DNA of 64,000 bases from Macrostomum lignano (GCA_002269645.1 NIVC01001781.1:119318-183317), one strand, 5' to 3'. Positions 11,774-45,139 are shown, counted from the first letter of the stretch. Translations and numbers: made by a program. Notes: generated from the sequence alone by a model not told the origin.

Positions 11774-14700
11774 TCAGAAGGTTTTCCTGTGAATTGACCG
11801 GGCGCCCTCCTCGTCGTACTCTTTCTTGCTGACCCACATTCGCCGGAACGTGTCCAGCGCTGCCAGAATGGAGCCGCCAATCCAAGTGGAGTAGAGGCGC
11901 TCCTGTGGTGCAGAAATTTTCAACCGATTGTCCTTGGGCACCAGGCGCTTCAGCTCCGCCAGAAGCCTGTCGCCGAATCCTGCAGTAATTTGGGTGGGTC
12001 TTATGTAGGATTTATTAGTAGAATCCTATTTTATTCATTCGAGTGGGGTTGTCGGGGATTGGGTGTACATTGAGGGGAGTGAGGTTGATGAGGATTGGGT
12101 GTACATTGCGGGGAGTGAGGTTGATTAGGATTTGGTGTACATTAAGGGGAGTGAGGTTGATTAGGATTTGGTGTACATTAAGGGGAGTGAGGTTGATTAG
12201 GATTTGGTGTACATTGAGGGGAGTGAGGTTGATGGATATTGGGTGTACATTGAGGGGAGTGAGGTTGATGGGGATTAGGTGTAAATTGAGGGGAGTGAGG
12301 TTGTCGACGATTGGGTGTACATTGAGGGGAGTGAGGTTGATTAGGATTTGGTGTACATTGAGGGGAGTGAGGTTGATTAGGATTTGGTGTACATTGAGGG
12401 GAGTGAGGTTGATGAGGATTGGGTGTACATTGAGGGGAGCGAGGTTGATGGGGATTGGGTGTACATTGAGGGGAGTGAGGTTGTCGAAGATTGGGTGTAA
12501 ATTGAGGGGAGTCAGGTTAGTGAGGATTGGATGTACACCACAGATTCTAGCTATTTTTAGTATCTGTGGTGCACACTAGGGGGAGTGAGGCTGTGTACAT
12601 TAAAGCAGGGGTTCGCTAGGAATGAAAGTACATTGGGGGTGGGGTTCGGAGACTTGGTGTACATTGGCGGCAGGGATTCGCCAGCAGGACTCACCTCTAA
12701 ACAGCGTGGAGCCGCCCGACACAACAATATTGGCGTACAGCAGGCGTCTCAAATCCATATCGGATCGCTGAATAGAATAGGCCAGCACCTCGTGTATGCC
12801 TTCCCATTCTTCGCCGACAAGTTCAGGCCTAAACAGCAGCTCGGGAGCGCGGAATGCGGCCGCATTGACCTCCAGTTGAGACCCATCGGGCAGGGAGTAG
12901 GTGACCCGTTCCGGATCAAGTTTCTCCTCCGTGACAGGATTAGCCGATACGTAGCAGGCTCGCTCCTTGACTTGGCGTACAATTTCCAGCTCAGCGGAGG
13001 TGTGAAAACAGGCTCCCTCCTTGCGCAGCAGCAGCTGCAGATAGCGAGTGACATCGCGGCCGGCAATGTCGGTCCGCATGACCGCGTGCTGCAGGGCGAA
13101 GCCCTCGTAGATCGGCACAGCGTGGGTGACGCCGTCGCCGGAGTCCAGCACCACCCCGGTGGTGCGGCCGGTGGCGTACAGGGACAGCACCGCCTGCATA
13201 GACATGAACAGGCCCGGGACGCCGAGGGTTTCGAAAAAAATCTCGGCCGTTTTCTCGCGATTTCTGGTTGGATTTTTTTGTTGTATAGTTAGGCTGCGGC
13301 GACTCACTGGCACTTTTAGAATACTAGGAATACTACTTGTTAGTAGTTAGCTGGTTAGTGTGGAAAGGACGAATCTAGCACGTACAATCTTCTGTTTGTA
13401 CGTTCAATAACTGTGGCTCTGAGAATGCCTTACTCATAATTGAGCCTTGAAAGCAGTTCCCGGGAATCGCCCTCAGACCCTCCCAAAGAATCGCCCTCAA
13501 TCCCTCTCCAAAAGAATCGCCCTCAGACCCCTCCCAAAGAATCGCCCTCAGACCCTCCCAAAGAATCGCCCTCAGACCCTCCCAAAGAATCGCCCTCAAT
13601 CCCTCTCCAAAAGAATCGCCCTCAGACCCTCCCAAAGAATCGCCCTCAGACCCTCCCAGAGAATCGCCCCCCCCAAAGAATCGCCCTCAGACCCTCCCAG
13701 AGAATCGCCCTCACCCCCCCCCAAAGAATCGCCCTCAGACCCTCCCAGAGAATCGCCCTCACCCCCCCCCAAAGAATCGCCCTCAGACCCTCCCAAAGAA
13801 TCGCCCTCAGACCCCTCCCAGAGAATCGCCCTCACCCCCCCCCCCAAGAATCGCCCTCAGACCCTCCCAGAGAATCGCCCTCACCCCCCCCAAAGAATCG
13901 CCCTCAGACCCTCCCAGAGAATCGCCCTCAAACCCTCCCAAAGAATCGCCCTCAATCCCTCTCCAAAAGAATCGCCCTCAGACCCTCCCAAAGAATCGCC
14001 CTCAAACCCTCCCAAAGAATCGCCCTTAGACCCTCCCAGAGAATCGCCCTCAAACCCTCCCAAAGAATCGCCTTCAGACCCCTCCCAAAGAATCGCCCTC
14101 AAACCCTCCCAAAGAATCACGCTCAAACTCCTAAAGAATGGCCCTCAGGCAGGTATGACACACAATTATAACATTAAAAAGAACACACATTATACATTTT
14201 AAGTAATATTTGCCCACTGATCAATAAATCACTTCATATTTAGTCCCTTCGCTTCACTCCCTTCACCCCTCTAGCTTAAAGCGGCCAGAGATTTGGAAAG
14301 GAATGGAATGGGGAAAAGGACTTCGGAATCGCCTGAGCAAAAGACAGACCGCGGAAGCAAAAGGAAGCCAGTGGTCGGAGAACAGGGCCAGCTCCAACTT
14401 GCCAGGCTAGAGCCTAGCCAAAGTTTAATATGAGAATGCATAGATATATAGACAAGTTGCTAAAATTAGACATGGGAAGTTTAGCGAGAAGGCAGACGCA
14501 CGACACACATGAGGGACGAAAATCTGTACCTGACTGCCTGACCCCCCCCCCCCAAATCCTATCCAACCCTTATTCCTCAAAACAAATAGCGAATATTCAT
14601 ACCAACGACTGCATTCGTACACCGATTATAACAAAAATCATTATGCATGCTTTTTTTAATAAAAGTCTAAACTTAAACTGGGTAAAGTGCGACAAAGATG

Positions 14701-17700
14701 TCGCCTGTTATACTAAAGAAGTAATATTTATATTGGATACAACATAATTGATTGTCTTAAGTCTAGGTGCGATTCTTGGGATAATCTTAAGGGGAGAAAC
14801 TGGGGATAATCCTAGGGAGGATTTTTGGATAATATTAGGAGAAATTCTTGGGATAATCCTATGGGCGATTCTTAGGATATTCTTAGGGGAGATTCTTGGG
14901 ATAGTCATAGGGGCGATTCTTAGGATACTCTTAGGGGAGATTCTTGGGATAGTCATAGGGGCGATTCTTAGGATACTCTTAGGGGAGATTCTTGGGATAA
15001 TCATAGGGGCGATTCTTAGGATAAACTTAGGGGAGATTCTTTGGATAATCCTAGGGGCGATTCTTAGGATAAACTTAGGGGAGATTCTTAGGATACTCTT
15101 AGGGGAGATTCTTGGGATAGTCATAGGGGCGATTCTTAGGATAAACTTAGGGGAGATTCTTTGGATAATCCTAGGGGCGACTCATAGGATAAAATTAGGG
15201 GAGATTCTTAGGATAATCTTAAGGGAGCTTCCTGGGATAATCGCAGGGAGATTCCTAGGATAATAGTAAGGGAGATTCTGGGGATAATCTTAGTAGGGAG
15301 ATTTTCGGGATAATCTTGCGGAGATTATTAGGATAATCTAAGGGGGGGGGCTATTCTTAGGAGATTCTTGGGATAATCTTAGGAAGAGATTCTTTAAATG
15401 ATGTTAGGGGAATTCTTAGTATTATCTTAGGGGTGATTCTTATGAAATAATCTTGAGGGAGATGAACTTAGTTTCTTTAGAAGGATATTACTAACGAATT
15501 CGAATTTTAGACATAATCTTAGGGACACTATCTTAGCGATAGAGTAACAGTTTTAGTGACCATTGGGATAACTTCATAAGGGATTCTTTAAAAGAATATT
15601 AATTGAAATGTTTTTGATATTCTTCAGTATTGGTAGTTTCTTTAAAAACACAAAAAACCACAAATGAAGCTAAACTTACTTTCTAGGATTCAATGGCGCT
15701 TCAGTAAGCAGCACGGGATGCTCCTCGGAGTAGGTGTTTAATTGGTCCTTGCTGTAGATGTACTGCCAGATCTTCTCCATATCGTCCCAGCTGCGCACAA
15801 TGCCGTGCTCCATTGGGTAGCGAATGGACAGCAGGCCTCGATGCTCTTCGGCTTTGGGCCCGATGAACACGTCGCCTTCGAGGCCGCCAGCCATCACTCT
15901 GACGTGCTTTGGTCGGCCGATGAAGTTGGAGAATATGTACTTTGGCACCTGGTCGCCGGCAAAGCCTGCTTTGATAACGCCGCTGCCCTGTGCAGTGTGA
16001 TATAGTGAGATTATCCATAAATATAGTGATAGATGCTGGCCCAGCAACTGAGGATCTGGGAGGCTGGCCCAGCAACTGAGGATCTGAGAGGCTGGCCCAG
16101 AAACTGAGGATCTAAGAGGCTGGCCCAGCAACTGAGGATCTGGGAGGCTGGCCCAGCAACTGAGGATCTGAGAGGCTGGCCCAGCAACTGAGGATCTGGG
16201 AGGCTGGTCTAGCAAATAAGAATCTGGGAGGATGGCCCAGCAACTGAGGATCTGAGAGGCTGGCTCAGCAACTGAGGATCTGAGAGGGTGGCCCAGCAAC
16301 TGAGGATCTGAGAGGCTGGCCCAGCAACTGAGGATCTGAGAGGCTGGCCCAGCAACTGAGGATCTGAGAGGCTGGCCCAGCAACTGAAGATCTGAGAGGC
16401 TGGCCCAGCAACTGAGGATCTGGGAGGCTGGCCCAGCAACTGATACTCTGGGAGGCTGGCCCAGCAACTGAGGATCTGGGAGGCTGGCCTAGCAACTGAG
16501 GATTTGGAAGGCTGGCCAAGCAACTAAGGATCTGGGAAGCTAGCCTAGCAACTGACAATCTAGGAGGCTAGCCTAGCAATTTAGGATCTGGAAGGCTAGC
16601 CTAGCAACTGAGGATCTCTAAGGCAAGCCTAGCATCTAAGGAGCTGGGAGCCTGCTAGCCAAGCAACTGAAGATCTAGGAGTCTATTGACTTAGCAATTA
16701 AGGATTTAGGAGTTTGTTCAATTTCCAATTGGCATTTACAATCTCTTAGACTACAGTATACTATATACACTAGTAATAATAAGCAGTACTATTCTATTAA
16801 TAGCAATAAACAAAGCAAAATGTCAAAAAGTTAAAACTTAAAAGCAAATAATAGCTTAGTTTAAATTATTATATACTGTATGTTTATTAATAATTTTGAA
16901 TATAAGTTATTAATTAAATTGGAATACTACTTAAAACCAAAAATAGCTAATCAAAACAGAGTTGAACGACTTTATTGGGGACTTTAGTATATATATACTA
17001 ATATATAATAAATTAATATATAATATATATATAGCATTTATATATAATATATAAATGTATAGTATCTAAGCAATCTAGATAATAATAAAGCTAAATATAC
17101 TCAAATACTAGCCAACCTAGCTTATTTAGCTAATATATATTGTGGCAAAGCAAGGGTCAATTGTAAAATATAAAACTTTTATAGATACTTTTATAATTTT
17201 CTTTGCTTTGCCTTGGATAATATTTTGATAACAAATTAGATTCTTTATTTTTTAACAAAATCATAAAGGAAGCAAATAAAAAAGAAGAGACAAAGAAGGG
17301 CTATCATCTATATGACTATATTAATTATGACAGCATTTTTTGCAGTCTAGTTTTAACAGTAGGCATTCTATTTAGAATTAGATGGCATATAGATGCTTGT
17401 GAAATTTGGACTCTAGTCTAAACTAGGCAATGATATTAATAATATTATTAATTTTTTTTATTTATTTTTTTCTAGTAAAATGTCCTTAATTGGTATTAGC
17501 CTTACTACAATGGAATTTAAATTTAGTGGCGCTAGCCCTAAGGAGGGGTAAAGGTTATCACTAGACTGCCCTAGTTTTAATCTGATGACTGTTCTGCCAT
17601 GGATGCAGTTATAGCCATATATACATGCAGGACTACACTTGAATAAACAGCATTTAGATAGAGATACTATGTCTAAGCTTTTAGATTATGAATACAGGCG

Positions 17701-17755
17701 TACTTACATTATCAATCACAATGGGCTGATTAGCAATCACATCGTAGGAATCCAT
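11774..17755 (-). CDS. ACTR1A: Actin-related protein 1 (centractin, dynactin filament subunit), complement(join(11774..11979,12695..13263,15680..15987,17708..17755)), 376 aa
   Basis: Exon 1 [16 protein letters not shown]; exon 2 [20 protein letters not shown]; exon 3 [27 protein letters not shown]; exon 4 [25 protein letters not shown]. All introns are GT-AG with matching phases (0,2,1). Total 1131 nt, the canonical Arp1 length. Confidence 0.96.
12040..12660. repeat. 36-bp minisatellite in Arp1 intron 3
   Basis: Unit GATTGGGTGTACATTGAGGGGAGTGAGGTTGAT..., period 36 (12121/12157). Confidence 0.95.
13465..14140. repeat. ~24-bp minisatellite (AAGAATCGCCCTCAGACCCTCCCA) in Arp1 intron 2
   Basis: Directly visible. 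Confidence 0.95.
14740..15480. repeat. ~24-bp degenerate minisatellite (GGGG(C/A)GATTCTTAGGATAATCTTA) in Arp1 intron 2
   Basis: Directly visible, decaying toward the right end. Confidence 0.9.
16033..16690. repeat. 28-bp minisatellite (AGGCTGGCCCAGCAACTGAGGATCTGGG) in Arp1 intron 1
   Basis: Directly visible; the same unit recurs at 48770-48918. Confidence 0.95.
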
Positions 17756-19529
17756 TTTGCGAGGACTGAGACTTTTATAACTAAATACACAATGAAATTA
17801 TTTTTTATGACCTTTTGTCAAGGAAATAACTTTAAATAACGTTTAAGTGCAGACTATTATAAAACTAACACTCTTTTTACGTTGTTTCTACAAAACCATT
17901 TAACGCTTAAATTATTACAATAAGTCACTTCTTATTAAAACAAATGCTTCCGATATTAAAGCAATGAAAACAAGACTAGGCTACAATGTAGCTCAGTAGA
18001 TATGAAAATGAACTAGCAATAAATAAATAAACAAATCCTATACACAGAATATTTTAAAGAAAATATTGCACATCGTTATTTATTCCAAGCTAGGACGACG
18101 GACTCAAGTTATAGGGTTCGCTTACTGTAGTCGTCCTTGATTCCAATGTGTACTTACCATGTAAATTTAAATGTAGCGTCAAAAGCAAAACTTTACAATC
18201 TAACACTAGAAAACACTATACCTCCCTTTTGAACCTAGGATCGCGAGGTCATATTTGGTATACGTTTTATCAAAACGCGGCCTGCTTTTCTGAGACCTGC
18301 AGCTCTTTGATTCTCTTAACAGGCCGCCGAAGCACTCACAAAGAAGATTTGTTCACGCCATGTATAATCCCACCTATAGTATCTGCGATTACATGTTTAT
18401 TTTTCTGTACAGGCATTCGCAAGGAACGTTCCAAAGACCAAAAACGCAATGTTACTGGTAATTTGTGCATCAATTACTATATGTAATTGATAGAGCATGT
18501 AAAGATTATAAGAAATCCATGTGTAAAAAGCCGATAGATCGAATCACCAGTCACGGGGCCAGCATAACTCTCCTGATCAATAGCAGTAGATTCTGAATCT
18601 TTCAAATCACAATGAGGTACTTTTATAGGGTACATAAAATGCACCATCATGAATTGTCATTTATAAATATTCACAGAATGGCTACTGTACGCAGGCACGC
18701 ACTCGTAAGTGCACACTCACACAGGGGTGTACATCCCATGTACATACAGTACGTGGTCTTAACTTTCTAAATGGTGTTTCTGATAAGGCATGAGTATACA
18801 TATTATACTGCACGATCTCTGTGCCTTGCGAGTGCCCTCAATTAACTTTGCTGCGACCGGAACGAAACAGCTGAATTGTGATTTCCAATCATGCAAACCA
18901 ATATAAATTATAGAGCTGCACAAAATCAGGAAGTTACACGTAGGCCGGCCTTTAATAAAGTTGTAGCTGCATGTACGATAGTATGTACATGTAATAAAAG
19001 TTCAATAAGAGTTCAGCAATTCCACCTTTCGACCATATACCAGTTCCCTTAACTTACGAGTATGGAATAGATGGTGCGAAAAATACACAGCGTTTCATAT
19101 GCATAGGTTTTGCATTCATATTGGGAAAATGAATCCAAAACTGAAGAAAAATAACAGCCAATTTTTACAGACAAAGAGCTATAAACTGTGTCGGCTACTT
19201 TACATTTTTAAACATTCTTAAAACGTGCCAAAAGCCAAACTCTACAAGGGTGTATTGTACATTGTCCGTGAAAATCGAGTCAAAGAGAAAAGGTTGAAAA
19301 ACGCAAGATAAAAAGACGCTTTGCATAAATGCATTCTGCTCTTTCAAGTCCATTTGTTACCGTTCTACACCTTTTTCTACCTAGCCTGACTGCGCCTTCA
19401 GAACATCTTTTTGAAACTGTTTAAACACTTCAATTCTCAATGAGGTCATTTCTGTTGGAAGAACTGGGCTTTCGTACCATACCATACTCAGTCACTAAGC
19501 TGGCTTGCAGCTAGTAGCTAGCTGGATAA

Positions 19530-20699
<1,170 letters not shown>

Positions 20700-20981
20700 G
20701 AAAAAAAGCAGAAATAGATACTGCACCGGAAAGCGAGTTTTACATGTACGTGAGTAGGTAAAAGAAAAATAAGAAGCACAGCCTGAAACTTAGGCTGAGA
20801 CGAAAACTATTGGACTCTGTGAGAAAGAAAAGAAAAGTCTAGAATAACAGAGCCAACAGGCTTTAGAGCTGCTGTGCACAGAAGCAACACTTAATATATT
20901 CATTTCTATATATAGTTCGAAATGGAGACAAGGTGACCAGCAGAAACAGTCCAAACAACGCATTGGTTTGACAATAACAAG

Positions 20982-23348
20982 ATGGCCTCGCAACATCAGA
21001 GCGACGGTCAGTCAACTTCTTCCGCCGTGGCAAACAAACGAAAACAATTAGCTAAATCGGAAACTGTCGATATTACAGATGAAGGAAGCAGAATCCAGAC
21101 TCTTGGTAAGTTGGAGGCTCTGCAGGGTGATGAAGCGTGCCTGAGTCTCGCGCCACGACCCCAGCTGGTTCCAGCGGGCTTTCGTGTCTAAGTGGGGGCT
21201 TGATGATGATGAGTTAGTGTAGTGCTTTGTGCACAAAGCCAAAATAGCAAATTAAGCTTGGATTGTAATGCAATTCACTCCTGCCCTGATGAAGTTTAGC
21301 AGCTTAGCGGCTTGTACTACTCGTAAGCCTTTATGAATTTTGCATCGGCTGAGACCTACTTTTCTTAGATTAAATTTTTTCTGCTTGCCTATATTTAGTA
21401 TCTAACTGACGTCAGAAACTCGCAAATGTTAAATGATGCTTTTTTACGTAAAAGGACTTGAAATCTGCGCCTCCATTGGGGAGGCAATAATAAAAAGGGA
21501 CTAAAAAATTGGAATAAAAATCAGAATAACATTGGAACTGTTATAAACTGCATTCCCAGTGCGCCTTAGCGAGGATTGGAAAATCTTGCGTCATTGCAGC
21601 GTAGGGGGCTGAAGTCAATCGCTCTGACTATACTATAGAGTGACGGTTTTCAATTTTCTGTGTTGAGCGGAGAGGCAGATTCTCAATGACTGAGTTGAGC
21701 GGAGAGGCAGATTCTCAATGACTGAGTGAGCGGAGAGGCAGATTCTCAATGACTGAGTGAGCGGAGAGGCAGATTCTCAATGACTGAGTGAGCAAGAGAC
21801 AGATTCTCAATGACTGAGTGAGCGGAGAGGCAGATTCTCAATGACTGAGTGAGCGGAGAGGCAGATTCTCAATGACTGATGAAGCAGCTATAGGATTAGT
21901 ATTACCTATAAAAGTCTCCTATAAAAAGAACTGGCAAACCCTCAGGAGAGAACAGCGGTCTGGGCCGCGTACTGATCGGCCTGCGCTACCAGTCTGCCAA
22001 CTCCTACCTCGAAGTGCGAATCGTCCGTGGCGACGGCATTCGCCGTTCCGGCGACGGCGGGAAGCCACCGGCGTCAACCTACTGTTCGGTTGTGTTCCTA
22101 CCCGACTGCACAGAGTCGGTTGCCACGGCAACCGTAGACTCAACAGTCGGTTGTCCTCGCTGGAAGGGTGCTTTTCAATTTGAAAAATTTCCAAAAGTCG
22201 CGGGCGCCGGTGCGTCCAGCCAGCGGTGCATGCAGGTGCAGGTGCACGACCCGGCTGCTGGCGGAGCGGCCATCAGCGAAGCGACACTGTTGCTAAGTGA
22301 GGATGGATCAGTGTGTAAAGTTTTGTAGCACTGTGTGGCGCTCAAGCACAAGTGTCTCTAAGCACACAAGTGTCTATAAGCACACATGTGTCTAAGCCCA
22401 AATGTCTGAGCACAAAAGTGTCTCTAAGCACACAAGTGTCTCTAAACACACAAGTGTCTCTAAGCACACAAGTGTCTCTAAGCACACAAGTGTCTCTAAG
22501 CACACAATTGTCTCTAAGCACACAAGTGTCGCTATGCACACAAGTGTCTCTAAGCACACAAGTTTCTCTAAGCACACAATTGTCTCTAAGCACACAAGTG
22601 TCGCTAAGCACACAAGTGTCTCTAAGCACACAAGTGTCGCTAAGCACACAAGTGTCTTTAAGCACACAAGTGTCCAAGCGCAAATGTCTAAACACAACAA
22701 TTAAAGTGTCCTCCGTTCTCCCCAGGCCACTGGAGCGAGGAAGACTATGAGAGAGGCATCCGTGTCTGGAAATACCTGAACGGCACCCAGGAGTCTCAAC
22801 GAGTCAGCAGCAAGGAGGGCACCGCATTTCTTACTCTGTATTGCCGGCCAGACAAATTCAAGTTGACCTTGAATAGTATCGAAGATTTGAATCCGCGCCA
22901 TACGTCGGGCATAGAGCAGGAGGACTTCTACTGCAGATTGCAGGCATTTATGCAACACCGCGGCCTCATCAAAGAGACGATGGTGCGAGGTTCAAGAGAT
23001 TCTACACCAGGGAGCGAGTTGAACTTCCTGGGATTTGAGTTTAGCGTTAGACTGCACGGAAAACACGGCGGAGGCGGCGGCGTGGAAGCGCTCACCGTCA
23101 GGTTGGTGCTCAGCAAGCAGCATAACGGGCAGCACCAGGAGATCTGCTGGGTGGACCTGGGATCCGATGTCAAACGGGTCGACTGCAGAGGCCTGTACAA
23201 ATCAGTGATGGAGAACCCCAATCAGCCTCACGTGATCTCTGTGCGCATGAACCGCCCGCCTGCGCCCTCGGGGTTGGAGGGACCAGCCCACAAGCACCGG
23301 CAGTCTCAGCCGGCACAAGGCAGCGGCCATCACAAGCACGAAGCATGA
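20982..23348 (+). CDS. Divergent tandem-C2 (synaptotagmin-like) protein without a TM anchor, join(20982..21105,21946..22296,22726..23348), 365 aa
   Basis: Two phase-1 GT-AG introns give one open frame of 1098 nt. C2A-like LGRVLIGLRYQSANSYLEVRIVRG..TYCSV..TVGCPRWKGAFQF..MQVQVHD..ISEATLLL..RVWKYL; C2B-like GTAFLTLYC..FKLTL..DFYCRL..SVMENPNQP. Exon 1 is the least certain part. Confidence 0.7.
21664..21878. repeat. 31-bp minisatellite (GAGCGGAGAGGCAGATTCTCAATGACTGAGT), short copy in intron 1 of the C2 gene
   Basis: About 7 copies; same unit as 23410-24950. Confidence 0.95.
22343..22695. repeat. 18-bp minisatellite (GTGTCTCTAAGCACACAA) filling intron 2 of the C2 gene
   Basis: Directly visible. 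Confidence 0.95.
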
Positions 23349-23409
23349 TCTGCCTGCAGACGATGTGCAGAACCTCTTTTATGTGATTGATTGAAATTAT
23401 TATTAGAGA

Positions 23410-24950
23410 AAGATTCTCAATGACTGAGTGAGCGGAGAGGCAGATTCTTAATGACTGAGTGAGCGGAGAGGCAGATTCTCAATGACTGAGTGAGCGGACA
23501 GACAAATTCTTAATGACTGAGTGAGCGAAGAGGCAGATTCTCAATGACTGAGTTCAGTGGAGAGGCAGATTCTCAATGACTGAGTGAGCGGAGAGGCAGA
23601 TTCTCAATGACTGAGTGAGCGGAGAGGCAAATTCTCAATGACTGAGTGAGCGGAGAGGCAGATTCTCAATGACTGAGTGAGCGGAGAGGCAAATTCTCAA
23701 TGACTGAGTGAGCGGAGAGGCAGATTCTCAATGACTGAGTGAGCGGAGAGGCAGATTCTCAATGACTGAGTGAGCGGAGAGGCAGATTCTCAATGACTGA
23801 GTGAGCGAAGAGGCAGATTCTCAATGACTGAGTGAGCGGAGAGGCAGATTCTCAATGACTGAGTGAGCGGAGAGGCAGATTCTCAATGACTGAGTGAGCG
23901 GAGAGGCAGATTCTCAATGACTGAGTGAGCGGAGAGGCAGATTCTCAATGACTGAGTTCAGTGGACAGACAAATTCTTAATGACTGAGTGAGCGAAGAGG
24001 CAGATTCTCAATGACTGAGTGAGCGGAGAGGCAGATTCTTAATGACTGAGTGAGCGGAGAGGCAGATTCTCAATGACTGAGTGAGCGGAGAGGCAGATTC
24101 TCAATGACTGAGTGAGCGGAGAGGCAGATTCTCAATGACTGAGTTCAGTGGAGAGGCATATTCTCAATGACTGAGTGAGCGGAGAGGCAGATTCTCAATG
24201 ACTGAGTGAGCGGAGAGGCAGATTCTTAATGACTGAGTGAGTGGAGAGGCAGATTCTCAATGACTGAGTGAGCGGAGAGGCAGATTCTCAATAACTGAGT
24301 GAGCGGAGAGGCAGATTCTCAATGACTGAGTGAGCGGAGAGGCAGATTCTCAATGACTGAGTGAGCGGAGAGGCAGATTCTCAATGACTGAGTGAGCAAG
24401 AGACAGATTCTCAATGACTGAGTGAGTGGAGAGGCAGATTCTCAATGACTGAGTGAGCGGAGAGGCAGATTCTCAATGACTGAGTGAGCGGAGAGGCAGA
24501 TTCTCAATGACTGAGTGAGCGGAGAGGCAGATTCTCAAAGACTGAGTGAGCGGAGAGGCAGATTCTCAATGACTGAGTGAGCGGAGAGGCAGATTCTCAA
24601 TGACTGAGTGAGTGGAGAGGCAGATTCTCAGTGACTGAGTGAGTGGAGAGGCAGATTCTCAATGACTGAGTGAGCGGAGAGGCAAATTCTCAATGACTGA
24701 GTGAGCGGAGAGGCAAATCCCCAATGACTGAGTGAGCGGAGAGGCAAATCCCCAATGACTGAGTGAGCGGAGAGGCAGATTCTCAATGACTGAGTGAGCG
24801 GAGAGGCAGATTCTCAATGACTGAGTGAGCGGAGAGGCAGATTCTCAATGACTGAGTGAGCGGAGAGGCAGATTCTCAATGACTGAGTGAGCGGAGAGGC
24901 AAATCCCCAATGACTGAGTGAGCGGAGAGGCAAATTCTTAATGGCTGGGT
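23410..24950. repeat. 31-bp minisatellite, about 50 copies, just 3' of the C2 gene
   Basis: Period 31 (23581/23612). Confidence 0.97.
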
Positions 24951-25337
24951 TGAGCAGATGTTAACAAATATCGCTAACAATATTTTTTTCAATACGAGTT
25001 AATGCACTGTTGCAAAAGTACTTTATCTATCGTGTAAATACTATACAAAAGGCATGCGAACAATATGTAAAAACTGATTCGGTTTAGTAAAACAAATATC
25101 TGCCGCTGTGCTGCATCTGTAAGAAAATCTGTAATCAAACGATTTGAGTCACAAGAACAGCTGACTGGATTTCTACAGGAATGCTAAGTATGGCAATACT
25201 ATACAAAATGTGTAGCTGTGAACGCATCGAGGCGTGAATCTTGATAATTTTGTTTTCTATTGAACTGTACAGCTGTTAAAAATTCTCACTCGGAAAGTTC
25301 TACTAAAAGAAACATACAGTTTTCCTGATTGCTTTGC

Positions 25338-25640
25338 AAATCTACTCAGATTAGACTAATCAAATCTACTCAGATTAGACTAACCAAGTCTACTCAGATT
25401 AGACTAACCAAGTCTACTCAGATTAGACTAATCGAATCTACTCCGATTAGACTAATTGAATCTACTCAGATTAGACTAACCAAGTCTACTCAGATTAGAC
25501 TAAACAAATCTACTCAGATTAGACTAATCGAATCTACTCAGATTAGACTAATCGAATCTACTCAGATTAGACTAACCAAATCTACTCAGATTAGACTAAT
25601 CAAATCTACTCAGATTAGACTAATCGAATCTACTCAATGT
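25338..25640. repeat. 24-bp minisatellite (TCTACTCAGATTAGACTAATCAAA)
   Basis: Directly visible. Confidence 0.95.
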
Positions 25641-26441
25641 ACTCTAAAAATTCTCCCAAGCAATTATATTGCCAGCACGTCAAGAGTTTCTTATCATTTT
25701 TTTTCATTTTCAACTTATCAAATCATTCTTGAAGGAGATCCTACATGTGCCTTATTATACCAGACCCATCCATGTCAAGATCAATGGGAGTCCCTGGAAC
25801 ACGAATAAGGATTAGCTGTTGAGTACAGGTGATCAGTTTAATCAAAGAATTTTACACAATTCTTTCAAAGAATTCTACATTTTTGAAGTCTCCATTTTCA
25901 AGACCACCTCTTGTTAGGAAACAGGGAAATTTTTGTCACTCCATATCCTGGTTCCGGGCCTCCATGGCCTCAGGATCTCATTGGGTGCAGGCAGTCCAAT
26001 CAAGGTTGCCACCCGCCAGTATGAGGAAGGTAAAACTTGAGTCCAAAATAATCTTCCCAAGACTCCGAACTCAAGCGCACCGACCTTGATCAAAACGTTG
26101 ATCCTCGTCCACCGGACTTCTCCTCCAACTCCCAGCCAACTTCAAGGACCAAAGAGGCAGTAAAGTTGTCCAGCCAGTAGTCCCAACCTGTCCACTTGAC
26201 GACCGGCCCAAATTGGACAAGAAATCGGTTGCTTCTCTCATCGAAAAAGATAGATTTTTTAAACCTGTATTATACTCGGGTATTATAGTCTGCACTTTCC
26301 TTGTCTGAGATATTAACAGAGGGATATCGGATAAGTTGATAGCTTTCTGCATGACCAGGATGTAAGTAACGTAAAGGTCATCAGCAGATTAATAGGCCTA
26401 CAATATCTCATTCGATATTGCACTATTATTTTGACAACTAA

Positions 26442-45090
<18,649 letters not shown>

Positions 45091-45139
45091 GATGACTGGA
45101 GCTGTTGTGCGTTAATCTCATTGTTATTTATTCATCGCG

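Noticed and set aside
18091-18137. 8-bp hairpin AGGACGAC/GTCGTCCT
   Set aside because: Short enough to be chance; no snoRNA or tRNA boxes recognised.
17756-18160. Possible Arp1 5'-UTR exon ending ATG|GTAAGT at about 18157, creating a Met-Leu-stop uORF
   Set aside because: Rests on a single donor-like and a single acceptor-like match, with no transcript evidence.
21285-21330. CTGATGA as a second hammerhead core
   Set aside because: No stem II followed by GAAA; the same holds for CTGAAGA in the 42325 array and at about 27197.
25830-26352. Minus-strand coding-like remnant (GTTGWTTLL, VDEDQRF, LILAGG) vaguely like a helicase or LINE endonuclease
   Set aside because: Motifs are too degenerate and interrupted by stops to assign without a profile search.
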